A stretch of 64,000 nt of DNA from Lytechinus pictus (lineage: Eukaryota). This document shows positions 1-11,006 of this stretch, piece by piece. Position numbers and translations under genes: made by a program. How positions within the stretch are numbered: position 1 is the first letter of the stretch; each line of letters opens with the position of its first letter. The stretch spans positions 19,282,001-19,346,000 of the forward strand of contig NC_087247.1 of NCBI RefSeq assembly GCF_037042905.1, in the 5' to 3' direction. The notes under the pieces are model-generated. The model ran no database searches. It was not told the origin of the DNA and worked only from the letters and a program-made list of their open reading frames with translations.

Positions 1-891
1 TTCACTTTTAAAACTCCGAAAAGTGCCCAAATGACAAGCTTGGTCGCTTCGCTGTGTCGCTTTCAACTTGAGAACGTTTACGCGTCTGCTCCCCCCCCCC
101 CCCCCCCTCCTCCGAAAGAAATTCTGTATACGGCCATGCTCTAAAGAGCCTGGCACATTGATTTATGTATACTTTCATTTTCATTATTTTTATCTCATTA
201 TCAACATGGCCTTACGCAGAATTTTTTCCAGGGGGGCCGGGGCCGGAGCATGACGCGCGTAAACTTTCTCAAAAAAATCTTGAAAGCGAGACAGCCACGG
301 GACCAAGCCCAAATGACAAGCTTTGTCGCTTCGCTGTCTCGCTTTCAACTTGAGAACATTTACACGCGTCTGCCCCCACCCCCCGAAAGAAATTCTGTGA
401 ACGGCCATGCTCAAAAGAGCATATGGCACATTGATTTATATGTACTTTTCATTTTCATTATTTTTATCACATTATCATCATGGCCTTACACAGAATTTTT
501 ACCGGGGGGGGGGGGGCAGCTAGGACGCGCGTAAAGTTTCTCAAAAAAATCTTGAAAGCGAGACAGCGACGCGACCAAGCTCAAATGACAAGCTTGGTCG
601 CTTCGCTTTTTCAAGATTTTTATGAGAAAGTTTACGCGCGTCCTGCTCCCCCCACCCCCCCCCCCCCCGGAAAAAATTATGCGTAAGGCCATGATGATAA
701 TGAGATAAAAATAATGAAAATGAAGTATACATAAATCAATGTGCCAGGCTCTTTAGAGCATGGCCGTATACAGAATTTCTTTCGGAGGAGGGGGGGGGGG
801 AAGCAGACGCGTAAACGTTCTCAAGTTGAAAGCGACACAGCGAAGCGGCCAAGCTTGTCATTTGGGCACTTTTTGGAGTTTTAAAAGTGAA
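1..891. repeat. Foldback array of ~280-bp MITE-derived units: two direct copies followed by an inverted copy
   Basis: ATGACAAGCTT(G/T)GTCGCTTCGCT recurs at ~31, ~313 and ~585. Positions 610-891 are the reverse complement of ~1-285. A related single unit lies at 51287-51520. Confidence 0.85.
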
Positions 892-1570
892 ATACGAAGG
901 CTTTCGTGCACACTTTTGGTGAATTTTGTGATAATTTTCAATAGAAAAATAAGTTTTTAAAAAATTAGGGGTCATCATGCCCCCGTATTGTCGTTGCGAG
1001 CATTTTGGGGCCAGGGTGAAATCGCCCCAAACGCCTCAAACAGACACTCCAAAATGTATTTGAAGTGCATTATTAGAACTGAAACTTATCTCTACACCAG
1101 GAAAAATCAACTTAACAAAAAAAGCAACAAGAAATATTTATAAAAAGTAGAAGGGCCTGTACAAGTACACTGATATTTCACTCTCTCAGCTCATATGCAC
1201 TTGATCGACTTCCATCGAGGATTCGGGCTAAATTCCGCCCGCCACTTCCGGGGACCAACCAACGTAGTATTTCGATGAAGAGCACTCCGTCGATTCACCG
1301 GTTGTCCCTACCGTACACGCGCGCCTATGGGGATTGTGAACTGTAGGAAAAATCGTATAAAATTACACTTTTTGATATTTCTACGAAGACGAAGTTATAT
1401 AGAAAATGAAGAATATTACAATCAGACCATATCCCTAGAAAATTGCTTCAAGAAATGTCATTATGAAGCGGAAATGGACAAAAATTTGTGAAGAAAAATC
1501 ACGAAAAAGGAAATCGCATCATGAATATTCATATCATGGGCGGTCTCACATTTGCATGTTATAGCGAGTT

Positions 1571-2340
1571 TTCCATTATTTAATAAATAATGGCATTATT
1601 TAATAAATAATGGCATTATTTAATAAATAATGGTTATTTGTATATAAATAATGATTATTTGTATATAATGGCAAACTGTAAAAATTGTTTATAAATAATG
1701 ATTATTTATAAATAATGGGATATTGAAACAAAATTATTATTTATAAATAATGAAGTAGATATTTCATTATTTAACAAATAATCTTTATTTATAAATAATG
1801 GAAAACTCGAACATTAAATAATGATTATTTATAAATAATGAGAATAATGGTGCACTCGAAAAAATTATTTATAAATAATGAAGTAGACGTTTTCATTATT
1901 TAACAAATAATCATTATTTATAAATAATGGAAAACTCAACAAATTATTTATAAATAATGAAAACCAAATAATCATTATTTATAAATAATGAAAAACAAAT
2001 AATCATTATTTGTAAATAATGAAAAACAAATAATCATTATATATAAATAATGAAAAACAAATAATCATTATTTATAAATAATGAAAAACAAATAATCATT
2101 ATTTATAAATAATGAAAAACAAATAATCATTATTTATAAATAATGAAAAACAAATAATCATTATTTATAAATAATGAAAAACAAATAATCATTATTTATA
2201 AATAATGAAAAACAAATAATCATTATTTATAAATAATGAAAAACAAATAATCATTATTTATAAATAATGGAATGTCGAACTATTATTATTTACAAATAAT
2301 GAAGTATTACTTGGAATTATATATAAATAATTAGAAATGA
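1571..2340. repeat. AT-rich minisatellite; 31-bp unit built around the palindrome TCATTATTTATAAATAATGA
   Basis: Near-perfect tandem copies of AAACAAATAATCATTATTTATAAATAATGAA at ~1960-2270, with degenerate copies on both sides. Confidence 0.9.
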
Positions 2341-2349
2341 TATTTTATA

Positions 2350-2351
<2 letters not shown>

Positions 2352-2380
<29 letters not shown>

Positions 2381-3050
2381 AGATAAGATAAGATATTTAT
2401 TCGTCTTTCTTTCTGCACATACATTTTATCTTACAAGTATGATTTCACATTCTACAAATGAAAAAAATCAATTAACCATAAATCATTGTTACAGTAGAAA
2501 AAAAAGAAACATAGCAAATAACTAAACGTATTGAGAGAAAGACAAGGAGAACCCCTGAAAAAGCAAGGCTTGTAAGGCTAGGGTCTCCTTTGTTTCAAGT
2601 ACATGACTGAATAGTATTCAGTGTTGACATGTAATATCTTTAAAAATACAAAAGAAAAAAAAAATGCAACAATAAAACAAAAAAGACAAACTAAAACTAA
2701 TCAATGACAAAAAACACACACTAATAGAATACATTGTTTGAATGTACAGTTATGAAGTCTAATAAACTAACAACAATATGATATAATTAAGTGATATATG
2801 ATGGAAGAGGAAATAAGTATGGATAACATGGCATGAAAAAAAGAGGACGATCGTATGTATAAATAATAATAGTAAAGTAAAAAAAAAAAACATGACAAAG
2901 GTAAAAGAAACACAAGAAAAGAATACAAAAGGAAAAAACATGGGCTGACCCTCTGCAGAAGAATCCAGTTAGACAAGATACAAGATAAATATATATTGAT
3001 ATATCATAACATTCTCCAGTCTTATATACAGTTTTTTAGGCTCCAAAATT
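2352..3050 (-). mobile_element. Probable 3' end of a CR1/L2-type LINE with a (TATCT)n tail
   Basis: On the - strand a U-rich UTR-like stretch ends in AATAAA followed by the (TATCT)n microsatellite (2352-2394). No ORF remains, so the class is inferred. Confidence 0.4.
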
Positions 3051-3653
3051 AAAAATAACATAGTATATAAAAGCATATCTTACTATATAATAGTAGTTAT
3101 TTACAAATAAAATGTAAATTATATATAAATAATAGTTATTATTTAATAAATAATGATTATATAACAAATAATTGTTCTATATAATATTGGTACATTCGGC
3201 GCCTCATAGGATAAATCATGAAATAAAATAGAAGAACGAAAGTGAAGGCAATGACATCATCAACTCATTCTTAGCATGACTGTGATGACAAACACGCTAC
3301 TGATTTATTAGAATAATGCATCTTCTTAATAACACTCTTCACACTTGGCAGTGCATAAGGCCTAAGTTAGAGCTGAACGCCAGTTTCCTCTGTTCTAGGC
3401 AAGTATCCCCAGCCCATTTGATTAATTGGTTTCATTTCCTGTTCGATAGTTCTCCTCCGCGTCCCTTTTACATAAAAAGCATTAATGTCATGATTTTCCA
3501 TACGATTTGATGACATTACCAGTGTTTTGCCTGTTTTATTTCATTCTTATTCATTTAAATATTGTTTACAGCATTGAGTACCTCTCTATAGTTGTAGGCT
3601 TTAATTACACACTATATCATACAGATTTAGCATGTTTTGATTGAAGCCTTTAC

Positions 3654-3787
3654 CTGTTTTTCTGTAGATTATTCATCATTTGATTCATACGTTCTTCCCT
3701 ATATCTCCTCATGAACTCGTCTTCTAACATGGCTTCTAGTTGAAGTTGTTCAAACTCCTCATCTTCCTTCGCTTTCTCGTCATCAAG
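3654..3787 (-). CDS. PDCL: Phosducin-like protein 1 (PhLP1), coding exon 3
   Basis: Encodes LDDEKAKEDEEFEQLQLEAMLEDEFMRRYREERMNQM, which matches the DEEFL-Y-R--RM-EM helix of PhLP1. Acceptor ttaaag| and donor AG|gtaaag. The thioredoxin-domain exons were not found in the window. Confidence 0.9.
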
Positions 3788-5196
3788 CTTTAAGGATAAT
3801 GAAAGCATGTAGAAATAATTAAGTGTACAATTCAGACCCATTGTTTAGGAGGGCATTAGTTCATTATCACCGGGTATCTTTGGGACAAAAAAGCTTGACT
3901 GATTACCGAGTGCAGGTTATGTCACCAAAGAAATTGATGAGTATTACTCGTTTTCTTTAAATAAAATAATGATGTGGTCCCTCATTGATCAATCACTCTC
4001 ATCTCAAAACCATGGCCTGCCATGATATTTTGCTAATAGCTGGTTGCATAAAAGAAAAGATTATGTGTTGGGCAAAGAGGTGGTATTTCACAAAATGATT
4101 AAATGTGACTTTTTCTCTTTGTGTGTGTCATAAAGGAATTTTACCGTCACTCACGGTCACTGCATGTGATAGAAAAAAAAATGGAAAGAAGAAAAAAAAA
4201 ACATTGGAAAGGAATTTATTTTTCACACATTCATGTTTGTTCTCAAAGTTATTAAAAGCATTGGCTATTATTGATTTGACTTTTTTAAAATCTGAGCTAC
4301 TAGGTCCCACTTGTTGCCTGTGTCATATGATATGTTACAAACATGAAGCCCAGAAAAACTTGTGTACGAAAATCATTATTTATTGCTTCGTGCCTCAAAA
4401 AAGTAAAATATAAATTTATAAAGTGACCAGAAACACCATCTTAATTTCATCACATACACTTATGTGTTCTATTATTATCGGCATGATAGAAATTACACAA
4501 AATCTTAGATTATAACGCATCAAAAGCATTTCTTTATATTTTAAAATTTTCTTTTGATATGATGTAAAATGATGACCTTCAGATTATCCACAAGAAAATT
4601 TTACAAAACAAGCAATAGTATTCTGTTAAATTGAAATTAAGTAAAAAACAATATATGTAGTTCCATGTATAGAATTTTTTGTATGGTTTGGATTCTCCTA
4701 TATTGGAGATGCGTAAGAAAAAAAATTTGTGGCTAATTATGTTCCCCTTTTGTATTTATGAAATCCCATATGAGTTTTAATAGAAAAACTTGATCCAGAT
4801 TTAAAATAGAGCCAATATAATTTTTTTTGGAAAATGTCCACTTTTGCTTGGAATTGCCCTTGGTTTCAGAGTTTTTAGGTTGATAGAAAGGCATCCATGT
4901 ACATATTTCATCTCCCCTTTGTTTTTTTTGTTTTTTTAATGTCTATAACATTAACTTATGCCTTTAAACAAATTTATGAATCTATGGGCTGGAGTGATCA
5001 GCAACATATAAAAACTCACCCTGATGGGTGAATGATCAGGAAACTACACTTAATTAGGTGAATAAATTCTGAACAATCCTACAGAATGATTCTGAGTATG
5101 TGCAATATAATATCATGTGATAAATCACATGAAATAAAAATGGACTAAATACAGTGCGGGTATCCAAAGAAAACATGTGTTGGCAGTACTACTTAC

Positions 5197-5322
5197 GTAT
5201 GATCGACATGTCATAGAGAGTTTTTCAGCCAGGATTCTTCTTTCTTCTACCTGTTCTTGTCTCTTTTCTGTCTCTAGTTGTTTGAATCTTCTCCAATCCT
5301 CTAATACGCCCTTTGGTCCCGT
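5197..5322 (-). CDS. PDCL: Phosducin-like protein 1 (PhLP1), coding exon 2
   Basis: Encodes TGPKGVLEDWRRFKQLETEKRQEQVEERRILAEKLSMTCRSY, containing the hallmark TGPKGV-D-WRRFKQLE Gbetagamma-binding motif. Boundaries ccccag| and |gtaagt, phase 0/0. Missed by the ORF track. Confidence 0.95.
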
Positions 5323-5465
5323 CTGGGGATTAAGAACAGACAGTATGAATAGAAATCAATATATGTTCATATTTTATAACCCGGCATCCCCCCCCCCATT
5401 ATTTTAAGTTGCATTCTCTGATAAAGTTGGTGCTCATCACCACAGCTTTTACTCAGAATAGTTAA

Positions 5466-6026
5466 ATTTCAGTTTACAGTATATTCCGAAAAAATATACT
5501 TTATATCTTGACCAATTACAAATGACATTGTTTGAATTACTTTAACTTAAAATTTGTGATTGCCAAGCAAAGTCCCTATGTGCAGCAGAACAAGCTGTAA
5601 GTCTAGTGTAACAAGTAAACAGTACGGTAATGTTAATGCTTTCCTCTAGTTTTGTGATACATTTGCCATATATGTGAAAAATGTCCTAATTTTACGGAAA
5701 TTGTAATAAAACTTAAAAGACATACATCTTGTTTATTTCAGTTTACAGTATTATTATAATTATTTCAGCTTACAGTATATTTCGAAAAAGTTATACTTTA
5801 TATCTTGGCCAATTACAAAAGCCATTGTTTGAATTACTTTAACTTTAAATTTGTGATTGCTATTGCAAAGTCCCTATGTGCAGCAGAACAAGCTGTAAGT
5901 CTAGTGTAACAAGTAAACAGTAATGTTAATGCTTTCCTCTAGTTTTGTGATACATTTGCCATACATGTGAAACATTTCCTAATTTTAGGTAAATTGTACT
6001 AAAACTTGAAAGACATGTATCTTATT
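5466..6026. repeat. Intronic tandem duplication of ~295 bp
   Basis: 5466-5752 and 5762-6026 are highly similar; both contain GCAAAGTCCCTATGTGCAGCAGAACAAGCTGTAAGTCTAGTGTAACAAG. Confidence 0.85.
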
Positions 6027-6409
6027 TGCATGATAAAAAATATAAGAATAAAAAAAACCCTACATAAATGATATTACACAGCAACACAATAACTTTGCTT
6101 TCTAAATTTAATGAGAAAAGCTCTCAACTAAATTCTGGCCAGCCCTATAATATGTAAAAATCTGCTATTAAACAAAAGAATTTTTGTGTAGCAATCTTGT
6201 ATTACCGGTATACATGTATGTGGAGCAAAGTGCAATGAGATACCAGGAAAGTATTTCCCTGCGACACCCTTTAACATACTTTGCACATTTGCATCAACCA
6301 GACCTTTTGCTACGAGATCTGTGATTTACTTATAATTAGTATTGGCTAAGAGTAGAATGGTGGTCATCTGTAAGAATAAGAAATAAAATTTGGCCTGGAG
6401 TTCACTTAC

Positions 6410-6598
6410 ACGACTTGCTCCATAACCGCTTGCACTAAGTTCTGATTCTGGAATGAAGTCTGGTGATGTTGAACTGTCCTTGTTGAGTTCATCTCCACTG
6501 GATTTATCATCATCATCGTCTTCACCACGATCATCATCACTGTCACTGTAGTAGTACTGGGTCTTCTCTCCCAAGAGCTTGTCATCTAGAGTAGCCAT
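6410..6598 (-). CDS. PDCL: Phosducin-like protein 1 (PhLP1), first coding exon
   Basis: MATLDDKLLGEKTQYYYSDSDDD matches the PhLP1 N-terminus (MTTLDDKLLGEKLQYYYSSSEDE). Donor CGT|gtaagt at 6409. An upstream acceptor near 6620 implies a non-coding first exon further right. Confidence 0.95.
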
Positions 6599-7613
6599 AT
6601 CACTATCAACCAACTTCTACTGTTCAAAGCAACAAAAAAAAAAATTATAGTGCATGTAACCATGCAGTAAAATGCTTCATATCTGTGACAGTTTTTGGCG
6701 AGTTAGTTCCAACACAATTAGCGGATGTAGAGAACAGTAAGAAATGAGTCAAGATTGTATCCAGAATAGAATAGAAACAAAAGACTGAATGTAGATATCA
6801 AAATTGTAGGCACAGCTGTAGTCACAAGATGGCGCTATCTCCAATGTGCATGAAATGTCCAAGTGCGCCATCCAGATGCCTAGATGCAGTTTTATGTCCA
6901 TAAATAACAAACTAAGGTGGTTACTAGGGTGGTTACCAAGGGCAATGGGCATAGTTAGCAAGATTTCTGCAGTTGCACCTGACCCACCCCTTATACACGG
7001 GCATACTTAAAGCTAAAGGCACTCACACGTATTGCGAGGTTAGTATATATATATATATTTTAGAGTTGTCGTTAACATCGCTTCATAACGTGAATGATGT
7101 TAGCCGAAACCCATTCCGCTACTCACCAGGGCTTTTTCTGGTGAAAAGCGTTCCATTTTCAATTTTTAACATATTTTTTTATTTAACCACTTGACTGCTA
7201 TAGGCTGTAATGCGCACTGACCCCCCTGGTGCTACTGAATGGGACTAACAAGTTAGATCTATTTGGGACTACTACCGACAGCAACTTGGGGGAAAAATTG
7301 TAAATAATCACATCACTTTCCTCATCACTTTTTCCAATATCCATACAAAAAATCATCTTCCCCTTGTGACACAGATCTTTCACTATATTTATTACTCCTA
7401 TCGTCTAAAGTTTCGTCAAAATCCTTCTGATTCACTTCTCCACTGCGAGTTGCCATTTTGAACTGAGCGCCGTACACTATCACTATGGAAAAGTGAATAC
7501 AAACATTTATAAATCACTGCGAAAGTTTCAATAACTTTTGTGGAATAGCGCCATCTGGTGACCATAGTCTGAAATTTGATATACATGCGCTGTTTTCATC
7601 GTAGGGGTATTAA

Positions 7614-8374
7614 AGGGATGCGAAAGTCGCCAAACGTGGTGGTTTTGAGCTAGGCCTGGCTCGAGTAATCTTCGCAAATCTCCGTTCATCGTCGGCAACC
7701 CGAGAACTCAATGTAGAGATACGCGGTGGGCCTTGCTTTCGAAAAATATCGAATAGTAACGGTCGTTCACGATCGCTTGAAGGCCTTCGGTGGGCGGCAA
7801 TTGGCGAGTCAATTAAGCTTGGAAAAAGCCTAAAGATCGCCAGCGCACTTCCGGGTACGGGTTCCCTCCTCCCGACGGCCGGCTACAGCCTACGATCGCC
7901 TTCGACAAATGTTTACCGGTATCAAAAGCTGAATATTTTTGCTGTTTTCTTGTTATATCGCGCGTTATGGAAAAAAAAAAATCGTCTTGGGATAGTTCAA
8001 GAGTAAGGCTTCGGACAGCACATGAATCTTGGTTGAAACAAAGGGCAATTTTTGTAAACGAGAGAGGAATTGGAAACAACTATGACGAAGAATTCGCTCA
8101 TCATCTGTTGCAGCAACATGGTGCGATGTGCACTAGTGTTACCAAACCCTGTATCCCTTCTCCCGAGCTGTCGGCGCGGACAAGAGGCATCACCAGCACC
8201 AACGATGCTGTGAGTGTGAGTGGCTCTGCCTCGAGCTCTGGTTCTGCCCGTGCTTGGCTGGGTCGGTGAGAGTTGTAATTCAGATGTTCGAGCTCAACCT
8301 CAACTTCAAGTCGCTGAGCAACCCCATGCTCAAGTTATTAGGGATCCTCCTAGACTCACCCCTATAAAGATCAG
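7614..8374 (+). mobile_element. Left end of a Kolobok-like DNA transposon with a remnant exon (ORF 7967-8269)
   Basis: TTAA (7610-7613) followed by an AGGGA terminus. The ORF motif RVRLRTAHESW...G...DEEFAHHLL resembles the RV-I-A-W...D-E-A--LL motif I associate with Kolobok-linked ORFs. Donor cag|gtaagg near 8375. No right TIR found. Confidence 0.45.
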
Positions 8375-9278
8375 GTAAGGATGAGTGGACTAGCATGACT
8401 AGGCCTAGTATAATAGTAAAAAGTATTATTTTCTATTTTTCAAAATTATGAAAATATTGTACATCATGTACGGTACATACATGCATCTATCTAGACTTTG
8501 CTTGTTCGAATTGGCCTTGAGGACTCCGTGATGATATTTAGGGAATATTGGATGGCCTTGAGTGGGATGCGTTGAAATATTGTACGAGCTGAAGCACAAT
8601 TGGATGAGTCGAAGACGAATCAAATTAAAATATTGTTCTTCAGCGAGTAACAATATTTCTATGCATCCCACGAAAATTGGTCATCCAATATTCCTATTAT
8701 TATTTAGATACCCCACAAAGCTAAACATGAATTAATAAAGAAATGTTCGTTTAGTAGTAGGCTGTAGGCCTAGTGTACGGTACTGGTATGTAAACAACGA
8801 ATTCACACACATGCATTGCATTGTATGTATTGCATAGTACATAAAATTGTAGCGTGCATCGCGTCATCTGCATAATTTTTATGAAAAGTGCAGTAATACG
8901 CAATGCAATTTTGTTGTGACGTTACAATAGCTTCATGCGCACAATCATTTATTAACCAATGATGATCTTGTGGGCGGGGCAAAATATTCATTTCGTCCAA
9001 TATTTTAAAAAAATTTTTAATACTTTGTCTCCTCAAAACAACCTCGCGAGACGTCAAAGAATATATCTGCACCTCTAAAACTCTACATCTAAATAATTTT
9101 TAATATTTTGAGATATACCTCTTCATCAGGGAGCCTTGAAACTCTTCCCATAGACGCATAAGTGAGACCTCCACACCCTGACGGATTTAGAAATCCATCG
9201 TTTGGTAAGTTTCAGATCCAAAGCTTACTTGATCTATACTCTATTTCTAATTCTAACATAAAAAGAAAAGGCATAAAC

Positions 9279-9455
9279 TTATTGCAAGTGCCGTGCCAGT
9301 GGTTATCCTGTGCACGGCGGCGGTAATGTACCCATCATGCCCATGGGTGAGTACTACTATACTACCTCGTAGTATTAGTGTGTGGTTATCGGTCACCCAT
9401 GGGTACATTACCGCCACCGTGCACAGGATAACCGCTGGCACGGCACTTGCAATAA
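9279..9455. repeat. Palindromic element with ~62-bp inverted arms
   Basis: TTATTGCAAGTGCCGTGCCAG...GTACCCAT is mirrored by ATGGGTAC...CTGGCACGGCACTTGCAATAA with 2 mismatches. Confidence 0.85.
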
Positions 9456-11006
9456 TTTTTTTTATTATCTACATTTTACATGAAGTAAGCTTTGGATATG
9501 AAACTTACCAAACGATATGAAGCCAATTTCAATTCCTCTCTGTCTTTCTGGTACTTTATATCTATGATTTTACTTAATGTCGAAGCAGGCATGCGGCCAA
9601 TTCGGTGGATTTCTCTATACGCACAGAGAGGGCGCGCGATATTATTTAATAAACTTGCTTGTTTACGTCGTTTACGTCAGATCAGCTGTAGTTGCTGGTT
9701 GCGTTCTAGGCGCTCCGCATTTTTTTCGCTGTTCAGCGTTATTTTATGATGTAGCGCCATCAGCGATTATACGTGAGATGCCTGTTGATTTTTTTGGTAC
9801 AATTTCCTATTATGCGCCGGCGACTTGAATCTAGACTGTTCGATAAGAAAAATTCGCATTTCGATTGTTGTTTGCGTAATTTCCACCGCAGTATTAAGGA
9901 TCGGACGGAGTATCTTGGCCGAGATTTGAAGGTAAGCGTTTAAAATCCCTTTTTATGAATATTTTGGAGCATATTTTTAAAATTAATTCAATGAACAGAT
10001 TTAGATGAATAAATTTAGTATATTGTGAAGATTTTGGCGTGTCATTCTCTCACATTCGTGTGATGAATGAAAACGTCAAAATTCATTATGAAATGACATG
10101 CGTTGTGCGACTGCGAGGTTAGTACAACTAACCTCGCATGCTTGTGATTGTGTGAGTGGTTATCGGTCACTCACACTAATACGAGGTTCGTATATATATA
10201 CGAACCTCGTACACCGGACCGTGTTTGACCGTAGATTTCGAAGTAGTCGGCAAACATTGCTTCATTGCTGAAGTAATATTTGCCGAAACTCCTTCTCGCT
10301 ATGCACCGGGGCTCTTTCCGGTAAGTAGCAATACATAACAAAATTATACATATGATATTATACTAATTTCATTTAAAAAGAGCAAATTTCGCTTACCTCG
10401 GCCTAGCAAGTGACTTCGTTTGTCTCTTCTAAGGAAATACAAGGAAGCCCGTTGGTGGCGCTAATAAATTTCACAACCTTGATTCAGCTCCTCGGTAATT
10501 TTATAACTGTGTCTAAATTCTTTGAATGCGCAATTCTTATGATTAATTTACTAATTATGGGCACCAATAAATAAAATACCTTCAAAAACATAATTCAAGA
10601 TTACTATTTGCGATGATAACACTTTTGTTGCAATTAATTTAAAACGATGACTAATATAATTTTTTTTTTTAAATACACATGCCTGGAATGAAACCAGCTG
10701 CAGTACAAGCAGTATATTAACGTCACGGTATACCAAAGTGTGAGTGCCAAAGTCTATATACAATGAAAAGATTGGACACTTCATGGACTTCGCGTAATGC
10801 CTTGCGTCGATTTGCGTGTAAAATAGTGTAGGTTCCTAATCTTTCCCTTGTCGTGTCTTTGATATGAATATAAATCGCGCGCCCTCTTTAGGCGAAAATT
10901 GATATCTACGCTGACCAAATTTTATCTCCGTGAAATCTTCACTAAAGATCAAGAAAATATACATAGGCCTATTGGCCATATTAGCTAATATGCCCGCCGC
11001 CATTAA

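Noticed and set aside
68-978. Multiple overlapping 60-95 aa ORFs
   Set aside because: They are translations of the MITE-derived tandem and inverted repeat on both strands, with no protein-like signal.
9100-9160. Hammerhead-like CTGATGA core on the - strand (CTGATGAAGAGGTATATCTCAAAA)
   Set aside because: GAAA is replaced by AAAA, and stems I and III cannot be formed convincingly.
9370-9378. TAGTATTAG resembling the CRESS-virus nonanucleotide TAGTATTAC
   Set aside because: The last base mismatches, it is explained as part of the X arm, and no Rep ORF is present.
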